From positions 672,254 through 736,253 of the forward strand of contig CAWAZB010000001.1 in the NCBI GenBank assembly GCA_963786425.1: DNA of 64,000 nt, given 5' to 3'. Within the stretch, counting starts at the first letter, position 1. Each line of letters begins with the position of its first letter. The DNA is from an uncultured Alphaproteobacteria bacterium. Its GTDB lineage: Bacteria > Pseudomonadota > Alphaproteobacteria > Rhizobiales > Methyloligellaceae. Positions 10,985-21,462 of the stretch are shown one piece after another. A program made the translations under genes and the position numbers. The notes beneath the pieces are model-generated. The model was not told the origin of the DNA. It ran no database searches and saw nothing but the letters and a program-made list of their open reading frames with translations.

Positions 10985-13063
10985 ATGAGCTGGTCGATCG
11001 AATTCATTCCCTTCGTCCCCTGGCCGATTTTTTGGGGCCTCGCCGCCTTCGGCGTCCTGCTCTTTGCGCTGCTGTTGTGGCGGGCGCGGCGCGGCGCCGT
11101 GCTGCGCGCGCTGGCCTATGCCGCGCTCCTGCTCGCCATCGCCAACCCGCATTTGAAACAGGAGGACCGAGAGCCACTCAACGACGTGGTTGCCGTCGTC
11201 ATCGACGAAAGCCAAAGCCAGGCGGTTGCGGGACGCGAAGAACGGACCGAGGCCATCCGCAAGGATTTGGAGGAGAAGTTCAAGGCCTTACCCAATGTCG
11301 ATGTGCGTTGGGTGCGCTCCGAAACGGATGCGAGCAGTGAGGACCGTGACGGCACCATGCTGTTCTCGGACCTTAACCGGGCGCTCGCCGACGTTCCGCC
11401 GGACCGCCTCGCCGGCGCCATCCTCGTCACCGACGGCGAAGTCCACGACGTTCCGGCAAACGCCGCGGCGCTCGGATTTGCGGCGCCGGTGCATGCGCTG
11501 ATCCCGGGCAAACAAGGCGAATTCGACCGGCAACTCGACATTTTGCGGGCGCCGAGATTCGGCCTCGTCGATGGCGAGCAGATGGTCGAGGTCAAAGTGA
11601 CCGACACCGCTCCTTCGCAAAACGACGCCGTCGGGCTGACGGTCACGCGGCAGGGCGAGTCCCCCACGACGCGCATTGTGAAGCCGGGGGAGAAGGTCGA
11701 GATTCCGATCAAGGTGACGCGCGCCGGCCCGAACATCGTCGAGATCGAGGCGGAGGCCGCTCCTGGCGAGCTCACCACCGTCAACAATCGCGCGGTGCTG
11801 ACGATCGAGGGCGTGCGCGAGAATTTGCGCGTGCTCCTCGTCTCAGGCGAACCGCATTCAGGCGAGCGGACTTGGCGCAACATGCTGAAATCCGATGCCG
11901 CCGTCGATCTCGTGCACTTCACCATCCTACGCCCGCCGGAAAAGCAGGACGGAACGCCGATCAATCAGCTGTCCCTGATCGCCTTCCCGACGCGGGAATT
12001 GTTTCAGGAGAAGCTCGATCAATTCGACCTGATCATCTTCGACCGGTATCAGCGGCGCGGCGTGCTTCCGCTGATGTATCTGGAGAATGTCTCCCGCTAC
12101 GTTAATGAAGGCGGCGCTGTGCTCGTGTCGGCCGGGGACGATTATGCATCTCCCTTAAGCCTCTATCGCACGCCGCTCGGACAGATCCTTCCCGCCGTTC
12201 CAAGCGGCCGCGTGATCGAGCAACCGTTCAAGCCGAAGCTGACCGAATTGGGGGAGAAGCATCCGGTCACCCGGGACTTGCCCGGAGCCGGCGAGGACCC
12301 CTCTTGGGGCCGCTGGTTTCGCGTTGCCGAAGTCAGCGGACGCGACGCCGCGGCCGTGATGAAAGGCCCGAACGACGCGCCGCTGCTCATTCTCGGCGAA
12401 CGGGGCCAGGGCCGCGTGGCGATCCTGCTCTCCGATCACATCTGGCTTTGGGCGCGCGGCTATGAAGGCGGCGGCCCCTACACGGATTTGCTGCGGCGGC
12501 TCGCCCATTGGCTGATGAAGGAGCCGGATCTCGAAGAGGAGACGCTGAAGGCGACGAGCCGCGACGAGACCCTCACCATCGAGCGCCGCTCGGTCAAGGA
12601 CGCGGTCGAGCCCGTCACCGTGACCGGCCCGTCAGGGAAAGAGGAGACGGTCACGCTCGACCAGGTCGAGCCGGGGCTCTGGCGGAAATCGATCAAAGCC
12701 CCCGAGCAAGGCGTCTACCGGGTGGCGAGCGGCGAACTTGCCAATGTGGTGACGGTTGGGAAGGCGAACACCAAAGAGCTCGCCCGCGTGACCGCCACCG
12801 ACAAAGTGCTCGAGCCGATCCTCACCGAGACCGGAGGCGGCAGCTTCTGGCTTGGCCGGAAGGCAGACGAGGCCGAGGCCCTGCCGCGCCTCGTCATGAT
12901 GCGAGGCGGACAGGTGATGCATGGCGGCGATTGGCTCGGCCTGCACAAGCGTCAAGCCTATCACGTGAAAGGCGTGCGCCTCTTCCCGCTCTTCACCGGG
13001 TTCCTCGCGCTTGCCTTCCTCTTGTCGCTGATGGCAATGACCTGGTTCCGCGAAGGCCACTAG
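10985..13063 (+). CDS. Conserved membrane protein with glutamine-amidotransferase-like domain (MoxR operon)
   Basis: VLLVSGEPHSGERTWRNMLKSDAAVDLVHFTILRPPEKQD motif; N- and C-terminal TM segments. Confidence 0.85.
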   Translation: MSWSIEFIPFVPWPIFWGLAAFGVLLFALLLWRARRGAVLRALAYAALLLAIANPHLKQEDREPLNDVVAVVIDESQSQAVAGREERTEAIRKDLEEKFKALPNVDVRWVRSETDASSEDRDGTMLFSDLNRALADVPPDRLAGAILVTDGEVHDVPANAAALGFAAPVHALIPGKQGEFDRQLDILRAPRFGLVDGEQMVEVKVTDTAPSQNDAVGLTVTRQGESPTTRIVKPGEKVEIPIKVTRAGPNIVEIEAEAAPGELTTVNNRAVLTIEGVRENLRVLLVSGEPHSGERTWRNMLKSDAAVDLVHFTILRPPEKQDGTPINQLSLIAFPTRELFQEKLDQFDLIIFDRYQRRGVLPLMYLENVSRYVNEGGAVLVSAGDDYASPLSLYRTPLGQILPAVPSGRVIEQPFKPKLTELGEKHPVTRDLPGAGEDPSWGRWFRVAEVSGRDAAAVMKGPNDAPLLILGERGQGRVAILLSDHIWLWARGYEGGGPYTDLLRRLAHWLMKEPDLEEETLKATSRDETLTIERRSVKDAVEPVTVTGPSGKEETVTLDQVEPGLWRKSIKAPEQGVYRVASGELANVVTVGKANTKELARVTATDKVLEPILTETGGGSFWLGRKADEAEALPRLVMMRGGQVMHGGDWLGLHKRQAYHVKGVRLFPLFTGFLALAFLLSLMAMTWFREGH

Positions 13064-13563
13064 CCGTTCAGCGCCTGCATCAAGCCTGCGGCCCCTTCCA
13101 GCGCCCCGGGCACGAGCTCGATCGCGAGCAGCCTTTCAGGGTCGACGGGTCCAGGCATCGTGATGCGCCCGGGCGAAACGGGACGAAATCCGAACCTGCC
13201 ATAATAAGGCATGTCGCCGACCAGCACGACGAGGCGGAAACCTTCCGCTATTGCCCGCTCCAATCCTTGCGTCACCAGCGTCCGTCCATAGCCCTTACCG
13301 GCATGAGCGGGATCGACGACGAGCGGACCGAGGAGAAGCGCGCGCTTCTCCTCACCGATGGCGACGGGCGTCAAACGCACGCCGCCCCGGAGCCGGTCAT
13401 CGCTCCAAACGGTCAAACAAAGTTTGGGTGTCGGTGAAACGCCCTCGCGCACCTTATAGGCGGCGCGGGTGAAGCGACCGGGACCGAAGGCGGCGGCGGA
13501 TAGGTCGGAAAGGATCGCGGCATCGTCAGCCGATTCTTCCCTGATCTTGAATTGGGGTTGCAT
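13060..13563 (-). CDS. GNAT N-acetyltransferase
   Basis: LLLGPLVVDP..AGKGYG, VLVGDMPYYGRFGF. Confidence 0.9.
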   Translation of the reverse strand: MQPQFKIREESADDAAILSDLSAAAFGPGRFTRAAYKVREGVSPTPKLCLTVWSDDRLRGGVRLTPVAIGEEKRALLLGPLVVDPAHAGKGYGRTLVTQGLERAIAEGFRLVVLVGDMPYYGRFGFRPVSPGRITMPGPVDPERLLAIELVPGALEGAAGLMQALNG

Positions 13564-13898
13564 AGCGGATCTCCTAAAATACCCGGGGCAGACCACCCCC
13601 GGCTGGAGCACCGTCGAAATTCGAAGAGGAGTGCGGATGCGTCAGCGCTGAGGGCGAAATGAGCGTGTCCGAGACACGCGCCCTCGTCGTCGGGTGTAGG
13701 AAATGGAATATTCAAACCGCATGGCGGCGCTGCCATATCACGCAGCCGAGAAGCGGTCCAGCAGCTTCTGGTTCTGCCGCTCCGCGCGATGCTTCCAGGC
13801 TCCGATCTTTCTCTTTCGGAACCCGATTTCAACTAGACTGCCCTTGACGGGAACGCGTCCCGCCCGGATACCCCCCTTGCAACGGGGAGCAGAAAACG

Positions 13899-14516
13899 AT
13901 GGCTGACACCGCAAAATTGCTCATTCTTTACCACAGCTCTTACGGCCATGTGGAAACCCTGGCCTATGCCGTTGCTCATGGTGCCCGCGCCGTCGAGGGC
14001 GTTCAGGTTTCGGTGAAGCGCGTGCCGGAGCTCATGCCGGAGGATGTCATGAAGGATGCCGGGATGAAGGTCGATCAGCCGGCGTCGATCGCCACGCCTC
14101 AGGATCTCGTCAATTACGACGCGATCATTTTCGGCACGCCGACGAGGTTTGGGAATATGAGTTCGCAGATGCGCAATTTTCTCGACCAGACAGGTCCGCT
14201 CTGGGCAGAAGGCGCCCTCATCAACAAGATCGGCAGCGTGTTCACCTCCACCAGCACGGGCGGCGGCAATGAGACGACCATCGCCTCCTTCCATTGGACG
14301 CTGCTGCATCACGGCATGATCATCGTCGGCCTCCCCTATTCGGCGCCGGACCTCGTCGATGTCAGCGAATTGAAAGGCGGCTCGCCCTATGGCGCCGGCA
14401 CCATTTCCGCCCCTGATGGGTCCCGCTTGCCTTCCCAGAAGGAGCTCAATCTCGCCAGCTTCCAGGGGCACCACGTCGCCAAAATCGCGAAGCGCTTCGC
14501 CTCCGCGCCCGAATAG
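13899..14516 (+). CDS. wrbA: NAD(P)H:quinone oxidoreductase WrbA
   Basis: [30 protein letters not shown]. Confidence 0.95.
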   Translation: MADTAKLLILYHSSYGHVETLAYAVAHGARAVEGVQVSVKRVPELMPEDVMKDAGMKVDQPASIATPQDLVNYDAIIFGTPTRFGNMSSQMRNFLDQTGPLWAEGALINKIGSVFTSTSTGGGNETTIASFHWTLLHHGMIIVGLPYSAPDLVDVSELKGGSPYGAGTISAPDGSRLPSQKELNLASFQGHHVAKIAKRFASAPE

Positions 14517-14517
14517 A

Positions 14518-14970
14518 TCACCAGCTCTCCGACTTTGCGGCGCCGCCGAAAATCTCGGCAAGGCGCGCTCGCGTGCCGGGATCGGTGCCTTCGTGAAGAG
14601 CGTTGCGGTCGAACAGTTCCGCCTCGGCAATCTCTCTCGGCCGGCAGTAATTGCCATTTCGCTCCCAGCGCGGGACATGAAACAGGGCGATGTGATCCCC
14701 CGGAAAGCTGGCGAAATTGGCGTAGACGCCGTGCAGCCGCGGCGCTTCGAGGATTCGCACACCGACCTCTTCCTCGAGCTCGCGAGCAAGCGCGACGGCA
14801 AGGGTCTCGCCCCATTCGACGCCGCCGCCGGGAAAATACCAGCCGCGCCGGTAGCTGTGCCTGACGAGAAGGACCCGCCCGGAGGCATCGGTAAGAACGC
14901 CTTGCACGCCGAGCGTCAGGCCCCGGCGCATGCGCCAGATCGGCCGGAGAATTTTAGTGATGACGCTCAA
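14518..14970 (-). CDS. NUDIX hydrolase
   Basis: [24 protein letters not shown] Nudix box. Confidence 0.92.
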   Translation of the reverse strand: MSVITKILRPIWRMRRGLTLGVQGVLTDASGRVLLVRHSYRRGWYFPGGGVEWGETLAVALARELEEEVGVRILEAPRLHGVYANFASFPGDHIALFHVPRWERNGNYCRPREIAEAELFDRNALHEGTDPGTRARLAEIFGGAAKSESW

Positions 14971-15147
14971 TTCGGATGCTCGGTTTCGTCGGTAGGTAAG
15001 ATCGAAACGACTATGCCAGCCGATCTTGGTCGGCGATAGGGACCTTAACCCCTGTCACTCGCGCGCCGCGGAATGGCTTGCGGAGATGACGGAACCGTCC
15101 GCACTGCTCTATCGTCATAGGAAGCGGAGGTCTTTCAAATCGGGACT

Positions 15148-16068
15148 ATGAGCGTCTTCACCCTCGCCCATCTTTCGGACATTCATCTCGGCCCGATGCC
15201 CCGGGCGCGGCGCCGCGACCTTATGAGCAAGCGCATGCTCGGTTACGTGAACTGGCACCAGGGCCGGAAGCTGGTGCATCAGCGCGACGTTCTAGAGGTG
15301 CTGACACGCGACATCATCGAGCGGAACCCGGACCACATCGCCGTCACGGGCGACCTCGTCAATATCGGGCTTCCCGGCGAGTTCGAGATGGCCGCGGAGT
15401 GGCTGCGCGAGCTCGGGCCCCCCGACCGCGTGACCGCTATTCCCGGCAACCACGACGCCTATGTGCGGCTGCATCCCGAACAGGGCACGGTGCGGTGGCT
15501 GCCTTATATGCAGTCGAACGAAGCGGGCGAAAAGCTGTCGCCGACGCCGGCTTCTGGTTTTCCGTTTCTGCGCCGCTTCGGCGACATCGTGCTTGTGGCG
15601 CTCTCCTCCGCCATTCCCACTTTGCCCTTCATCGCCGCCGGCCGCGTCGGCTCGGCGCAACGCGCGCTGCTTCCCCCCTTGCTTGAAGAGCTCGGCCGGC
15701 AGGGCCTCTTTCGGGTGGTTCTCATCCATCATCCACCCCTCCCCGGCCAAGTCGGCTGGCGGCGAGGCCTCCGCGATGCGGCAGCGCTGACCCGCATATT
15801 GAAGGAGTCAGGCACCGAGCTCGTGCTGCATGGGCACAATCACGAGCAGACCGAATATGAGCTTGAGACGATTTCCGGGACGGCCGTCGTCGTTGGCGTG
15901 CCCTCCGCCTCGGAGGCGGTGTCGGGTAAAATCCCGGCCGCTCGCTACAACGAATACCGCATCAAGAAGCTGAAAAACGGCTGGGAGTGCGAGATGGTCG
16001 GACGCATCGTGGGGGAAGATGCGCTGACGGTGCGCGAATGCGAGCGGAAATTGCTTCGCGCGCCATGA
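15148..16068 (+). CDS. Metallophosphoesterase (calcineurin-like)
   Basis: HLSDIH, TGDLVN, PGNHD, LHGHNH motifs. Confidence 0.92.
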   Translation: MSVFTLAHLSDIHLGPMPRARRRDLMSKRMLGYVNWHQGRKLVHQRDVLEVLTRDIIERNPDHIAVTGDLVNIGLPGEFEMAAEWLRELGPPDRVTAIPGNHDAYVRLHPEQGTVRWLPYMQSNEAGEKLSPTPASGFPFLRRFGDIVLVALSSAIPTLPFIAAGRVGSAQRALLPPLLEELGRQGLFRVVLIHHPPLPGQVGWRRGLRDAAALTRILKESGTELVLHGHNHEQTEYELETISGTAVVVGVPSASEAVSGKIPAARYNEYRIKKLKNGWECEMVGRIVGEDALTVRECERKLLRAP

Positions 16069-16086
16069 TCGGCGGAAGCGCGGAAT

Positions 16087-17451
16087 TTAACGCGAGGTCA
16101 GAACCACGCTCGAGCGGGCATCGTCGAACCATTTGTCGACGGCCGCATCGAGGTTGCCGGCAAGACTGGCCTTCCAAGTCTCGATCGTCGCATCGAGCGC
16201 TCGGTTGTTGGCCGCAACGAACTCATCGCGATTGATAGCCTCATTGGCGGCGCTGCCGAGATAGTCGACGGCAATACCCGCCATCACGCCAAGCGCGGCA
16301 CCGATCACCTGGCCGCCCACCGGCTGCACCACGGTGCCGGCGACGGCGCCCTGCTGCGCGAAGGCAAGCCTCGTTCCAAGCGAGCCGACAAGGCGGCGCG
16401 AGATCTGGCCGAAGCTTTGGGCGAGCACGCGGTTGAACACCGGCCCAAGGGCGAGCGCTCCGACCGTGCCGCCGGCCGCCGCAGTGCCGACGCCGACCAC
16501 GCCATCGAAGGCCCGGTCCTGCATCAGATAGATAGGCGCCTTCCATTTCTGGGCGTCCCAATCGAGCTTCAGATTGGTCACCGGCGTCGACGAAGGCACC
16601 TCTTCGAGATGCTGCGTATGTTGCGCCAGGAAGAGCTGCAGCCGCATGTCGCCATTGGCGATGACCCGACGGTAGCTGTCATGCGCATGCCGCGCCGCCT
16701 GCTCGACGCCCTGGCCAATGCCGCCATCGCGCAATTCCGGCCGCAGCACATGTTCCTTGTAGTGCTTCAGGAAGTAATCCTTGAGGTCGGCCTCGACCGC
16801 CTCGGAGAGCGACTGGTACCGCCCCGCTTCGAAAAAGCGGGTGACGGCAGAACCGAGGGATTCTTTCAGCACGACGTAAGAGCGCTTCCAGGCGAAGAAC
16901 CAATCCGCATAGGCGGAGATCGCCTGCTCGCGGTCCTGAAAGGCCGCGGCGAAGCTGCGATCAAGGTCCTCTCGCGCCGCCTTCTTGATGCGCGCGCGCT
17001 CGGCATCGAGCATGAGGATCGTGTCGTTGACGAATTTATCGGCCTCGGACTTGCTGGCCACCATTTTATGGATCTGGCCGTCCACGTCTTTGACGACGAG
17101 GTTCACCGGGTCGGCCGGCAGGCTCGCATCCGGAAACAGGACGTCGAGCACGCTCCGGTCGGGATGCACCGCGGCGGTATGGTCGATATGGCGGTGATAG
17201 CTGCGGTAGAAGGTGGTGCCGAGCGACAGCAGCGCATAGGTCGAGAGCAGCAGCGCGAGCGACACGCCGATCGGCTTCAGAAGCGCCCCAAGCGCACTCT
17301 CCTTGACCACCTTCTCGCGCGGCCAAAGCCGAAATCCGCGGCGCGGGGCGAGCGCAGCCATCCCACTCCGGGCTGGCGGGCCGCCGCCCTCGATGGATTT
17401 CACGAGGCTGGTGCTGCTGATCTCCGACATCGCTTTAGATAATCCAGACAC
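16087..17451 (-). CDS. Hypothetical membrane protein with coiled coil and glycine-zipper-like C-terminal region
   Basis: 454-aa ORF with one N-terminal TM, helical body and GxxxG-rich hydrophobic stretch; start uncertain. Confidence 0.7.
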   Translation of the reverse strand: MSGLSKAMSEISSTSLVKSIEGGGPPARSGMAALAPRRGFRLWPREKVVKESALGALLKPIGVSLALLLSTYALLSLGTTFYRSYHRHIDHTAAVHPDRSVLDVLFPDASLPADPVNLVVKDVDGQIHKMVASKSEADKFVNDTILMLDAERARIKKAAREDLDRSFAAAFQDREQAISAYADWFFAWKRSYVVLKESLGSAVTRFFEAGRYQSLSEAVEADLKDYFLKHYKEHVLRPELRDGGIGQGVEQAARHAHDSYRRVIANGDMRLQLFLAQHTQHLEEVPSSTPVTNLKLDWDAQKWKAPIYLMQDRAFDGVVGVGTAAAGGTVGALALGPVFNRVLAQSFGQISRRLVGSLGTRLAFAQQGAVAGTVVQPVGGQVIGAALGVMAGIAVDYLGSAANEAINRDEFVAANNRALDATIETWKASLAGNLDAAVDKWFDDARSSVVLTSR

Positions 17452-17602
17452 TGTTCACGCGACATATGGTGCCGAGAATTGCGCCTTGAAAGCGGCAATA
17501 GCCGATTTTCGGGAAAAAAGCTTGGAGGAGGGCCCCGGAACTCTCTCCACTCAGGGCCGTTCTGGCTGAAAGCGCCGAACGTCATCTCAAGGAGAGACAA
17601 AC

Positions 17603-18466
17603 ATGCAGGAACGCCGCTCCAAAGCGCCGCTGCCACCCCAGGAGCAGTCTCATCAGCCCGGCGTCGAGAGCAAGATGCGGCCGAAGCCCGATTACGAGCC
17701 TCGCTATCCGGGCTCCGATCGCCTCAAGGGTAAGGTCGCGCTGATCAGCGGCGGCGATAGCGGCATCGGCCGGGCGGCGAGCGTCCTCTTCGCGCGCGAG
17801 GGCGCGAAAATCGCCATCGTCTATCTCGAGGAGGACAAGGACGCCAAGGAGACGGAAGAGCTCGTCAAGCAGGAAGGAAGCGACTGCCTCCTGTTGAGGG
17901 GCGATATCGGCTCGGCGAAGTTCTGCGACGAAGCCGTCAAGCGGACCGTCGATCGCTTCGGGCGCCTCGACATCCTCGTCAACAATGCGGCCGAACAGCA
18001 CGAGCAGAAAGAGGTCGAGGACATCGGCGAGGAGCAGCTCGTCAAAACCTTCCGCACCAATCTCTTCGGCTACATGTTCATGACCCAGGCCGCCCTCCCG
18101 CATCTCGGCAAAGGCGCCGCCATCATCAACACCACCTCGGTGACAGCCTATCGCGGCCACGACACCCTCGTCGATTATTCGGCCACGAAGGGGGCCATCG
18201 TGTCGCTGACGCGCTCCCTCTCGAAGCAGCTGGCGGAGCGCGAGATCAGGGTGAATGGGGTCGCGCCCGGGCCTATATGGACGCCGCTCATTCCGGCGAG
18301 CTTCGATGCCGATAAGGTGGCGAAGTTCGGGCAGCATGTGCCGCTCGGACGGCCAGGGCAGCCGAATGAAGTCGCGCCTTCTCTCCTCTTCCTCGCTTGC
18401 GAGGATGCCTCCTACATGACCGGACAGGTGCTGCATCCCAATGGCGGCGAGATGGTCGGAGGCTGA
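17603..18466 (+). CDS. SDR oxidoreductase (general-stress type)
   Basis: ISGGDSGIG, NNAAEQH, YSATKGAI motifs. Confidence 0.93.
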   Translation: MQERRSKAPLPPQEQSHQPGVESKMRPKPDYEPRYPGSDRLKGKVALISGGDSGIGRAASVLFAREGAKIAIVYLEEDKDAKETEELVKQEGSDCLLLRGDIGSAKFCDEAVKRTVDRFGRLDILVNNAAEQHEQKEVEDIGEEQLVKTFRTNLFGYMFMTQAALPHLGKGAAIINTTSVTAYRGHDTLVDYSATKGAIVSLTRSLSKQLAEREIRVNGVAPGPIWTPLIPASFDADKVAKFGQHVPLGRPGQPNEVAPSLLFLACEDASYMTGQVLHPNGGEMVGG

Positions 18467-18479
18467 GCTTCCGCTTTTC

Positions 18480-19118
18480 TTGGAAGCGCGACGCCTCAAC
18501 GATCCCGACCGGGCATTGCGAGCGCTCGGCAAAGAAGCGCGCGACTGCACACGTTGCCCGCTCTACCGGAACGCGACGCAGACGGTCTTCGGCGAGGGGC
18601 CGGTCGATGCGGCGCTGATGCTGGTCGGCGAGCAGCCGGGAGATCAGGAGGACCTTGGCGGCCGGCCCTTCGTCGGGCCGGCAGGCAAGGTTCTCGACCG
18701 TGCGCTAGCGAGCGCCGAGATCGAGCGGGAGGACATCTACGTCACCAACGCCGTGAAGCATTTCAAGAACGAGCCGCGGGGCAAGCGCCGCCTTCACAAG
18801 AAGCCCGACATCGGCGAGATCGAGGCTTGCCGCTGGTGGCTGGACAATGAGATCGACATCGTCGACCCCCGCATCATCGTGGCGATGGGCGCGACGGCTG
18901 TGCGCGGCGTGATGCGGAAGGCGCTCCCCATCAATGCCAATCGCGGGCGGCTGATCGAGATCGCCGACCGGCGGGTGATCATCACCGTCCATCCCTCTTA
19001 TCTTCTGCGCCTCAGGGAACAGCGCGACAAGACGAGGGAATTCGACAATCTGGTCGAGGATCTGCGGCACGCCGCCGAAGCGGCAAAAGCTGCGCGGCGC
19101 AAAAGCGCCGGGCGCTAG
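18480..19118 (+). CDS. Family-4 uracil-DNA glycosylase, UdgX-like
   Basis: CTRC Fe-S ligands, GEQPG, TNAVKHFK and KRRLHKKP loop, HPSYLLR; start uncertain (TTG 18480 or ATG 18441). Confidence 0.85.
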   Translation: MEARRLNDPDRALRALGKEARDCTRCPLYRNATQTVFGEGPVDAALMLVGEQPGDQEDLGGRPFVGPAGKVLDRALASAEIEREDIYVTNAVKHFKNEPRGKRRLHKKPDIGEIEACRWWLDNEIDIVDPRIIVAMGATAVRGVMRKALPINANRGRLIEIADRRVIITVHPSYLLRLREQRDKTREFDNLVEDLRHAAEAAKAARRKSAGR

Positions 19119-19453
19119 AGCGCGTCGGTGCCGATCTCCCTTGTCCGCACCCGCATCACGCCTTCGAGGTCGAGCACGAACACTTTGCCGTCGCCGATCC
19201 GGCCGGTCCGCGCCGCATCGCCGATCGTCTCCACCACCCGGTCGGCAAGGGCGTCGTCGACGGCGATTTCGAGCTTCACTTTCGGGACATATTGCATGGT
19301 GTATTCGGCGCCGCGGTAGATCTCGGTCTGTCCCTTTTGGCGCCCAAAGCCGCGCACCTCGCTGACGGTGAGGCCCTGCACCCCAAGCGCTCCGAGGGCC
19401 TCTCTGACGGCGTCGAGACGGTGCGGCTGAATGACGGCAATGACGTATTTCAT
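19115..19453 (-). CDS. glnK: P-II nitrogen regulatory protein
   Basis: GFGRQKG.TEIYRGAEY, GRIGDGKVFV; adjacent to amt. Confidence 0.93.
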   Translation of the reverse strand: MKYVIAVIQPHRLDAVREALGALGVQGLTVSEVRGFGRQKGQTEIYRGAEYTMQYVPKVKLEIAVDDALADRVVETIGDAARTGRIGDGKVFVLDLEGVMRVRTREIGTDAL

Positions 19454-19601
19454 GAGGCTCGCTCTCCGCTCCTTGGATGATGGTCTCTCATCGCGTCGCT
19501 GCTCACTCTTTCCGCGGGATTGGCACGGTCTGCCCGATATGTTTGATCGTCAAGTCTTTTGCCGTAAAGCCCCGCGCGCTTGGCCGATCTTTCCTCAGAC
19601 G

Positions 19602-20843
19602 TCACATATTGTAGGCGCGCTCGCCATGCTGCCGGAGATCAAGGCCCTGTTCCTCGATGTCGACGCTGACCCGCAAGCCGACGAAGATTTGCACCGCCTT
19701 GGCGATGGCGACGCTGACAATCAGCGACCAGACGAGGACTGCCACGAGGCCCGTCGCTTGCGCCACGAGTTGCCCGCCCATGGTCTGGCCTTCGGCGTAT
19801 CCGGCGCCGCCAAGCGCCGCGTCCATGAAGATGGCCATGAGAATGGTGCCGAGGGCACCGCCGACGCCGTGCACGGCAAAAACGTCGAGGCTATCGTCGA
19901 TGCGCCAGCGCTGCTTCACCAGGATGACGGCGACGTAGCAAACCGTGCCGCCGATCAGCCCGAGGACGACGGCGCCAACGGGTCCCACGAAGCCCGACGC
20001 CGGCGTGATGGTGGCAAGCCCTGCAATGGCGCCGGTGGCGATGCCGATCATGCTCGGCTTGCCGAATTTGACGCTCTCGATCACCAGCCAGACAAGCGCC
20101 GCGGTCGCGGCCGAAATATGCGTCACGGTGATCGCCATGCCGGCTTGAGCGTTCGCTTGCAGCGCGCTGCCGCCATTGAAGCCGAACCAGCCGACCCAGA
20201 GCATGCAGGCGCCGGCCATGGTCATCCAAGGCGCGTGCGGCGGCTTAACGTCGTGGGGAAATCCGGTTCTCGGCCCAATCATGACGGCGAGCACGAGCGC
20301 CGTGATTCCGGCGGTGAGATGCACGACAAGGCCGCCGGCAAAATCGAGCACGCCGCGCGCAAACAGCCAGCCGCCGCCCCACACCCAATGCGCCACCGGC
20401 ACATAGACGAAGAGCAGCCAGAGCGCCGTGAAGAGAAGCACGGCCGAGAAGCGCATGCGCTCGACAAAAGCGCCGACGATCAGCGCCGGGGTGATGATGG
20501 CGAAGGTCATCTGAAACATGAAGAACACCAATTCCGGGATCTTGGTGTTCGGATCCGCCGCGTCGCGCGCTACGCTAAGCAGCATCGCTTTATCGAGATT
20601 GCCGAGCCAGGGGCCGGTGCCGCTGAAGGTGAGGCTGTAGGCGAGGATCAGCCACAACAGACTGACGAGGCAGGTAATGGAGAAGCATTGCATCAGCACC
20701 GAGAGCAGATTCTCGGCGCGCACCAGGCCGCCATAGAAAAGCGCCAGGCCCGGCAATGTCATGAATAGAACGAGCGCCGTGGCCGTTATCAGCCACGCGG
20801 CATTCCCCGTGTCGATCATTATCCCCTCCCCCATCGCCTTCAA
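19602..20843 (-). CDS. amtB: Ammonium transporter
   Basis: MTLPGLALFYGG, FQMTFAIITPAL, DFAGGLVVH, WFGFNGGS, DDSLDVFAVHG; start may be ATG 20819. Confidence 0.95.
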   Translation of the reverse strand: MKAMGEGIMIDTGNAAWLITATALVLFMTLPGLALFYGGLVRAENLLSVLMQCFSITCLVSLLWLILAYSLTFSGTGPWLGNLDKAMLLSVARDAADPNTKIPELVFFMFQMTFAIITPALIVGAFVERMRFSAVLLFTALWLLFVYVPVAHWVWGGGWLFARGVLDFAGGLVVHLTAGITALVLAVMIGPRTGFPHDVKPPHAPWMTMAGACMLWVGWFGFNGGSALQANAQAGMAITVTHISAATAALVWLVIESVKFGKPSMIGIATGAIAGLATITPASGFVGPVGAVVLGLIGGTVCYVAVILVKQRWRIDDSLDVFAVHGVGGALGTILMAIFMDAALGGAGYAEGQTMGGQLVAQATGLVAVLVWSLIVSVAIAKAVQIFVGLRVSVDIEEQGLDLRQHGERAYNM

Positions 20844-20990
20844 GCGAGCCGATGCCCATTAACGCGTTTTTGCCTAAGAGACTAGCACCGAAGGGACACT
20901 GCCGAGAAAATTTGCATTCGCGTTTGGCCGACCTCGGCGCGCGGCCCGATTAGGGCACTATCCCCTGCCCGTCATGATATAGTCGGGGGG

Positions 20991-21455
20991 ATGAGCAAGG
21001 CCTTCGTCAAAGAGCCGGAGGCGGGCGACGTTTATGACGACCTGCCCGACCGGCCGGTATCGCCCCACAACCTCGTGACCGAGCACGGTCTCGAGCTGAT
21101 AGAGGCCGAGCTCGCGCGCCTGCATGTCGACCACGCGGCTGCCCAGGACGCCAACGACCGGGCGAAGCTCGCCAAGATCAACCGGGATTTGCGCTATTGG
21201 ACCTCGCGGCGGGCGACGGCCCAGGTTGTGGATCCCCCGAAGGACAATAGCGAGGTGCGGTTCGGCGCGACGGTCACCATCGAGCGGGAAGACGGACGCA
21301 AGAAGACCTACCGCATCGTCGGCGAGGACGAAGCCGATCCCTCGCTCGGGACGATTTCCTACGCCTCCCCGGTCGCGCAGGCCCTGATGGGCAAAGGCAG
21401 AGGCGACGTGGTTTTGGCGGGGACCTCCGAGGCGGAGATCCTGGAGATTCGTTAG
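20991..21455 (+). CDS. GreA/GreB-family elongation-factor-like protein
   Basis: MSKAFVKE, VRFGATVTI, YRIVGEDEADP..GTISYASPVAQALMGK. Confidence 0.85.
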   Translation: MSKAFVKEPEAGDVYDDLPDRPVSPHNLVTEHGLELIEAELARLHVDHAAAQDANDRAKLAKINRDLRYWTSRRATAQVVDPPKDNSEVRFGATVTIEREDGRKKTYRIVGEDEADPSLGTISYASPVAQALMGKGRGDVVLAGTSEAEILEIR

Positions 21456-21462
21456 AAAGGTT

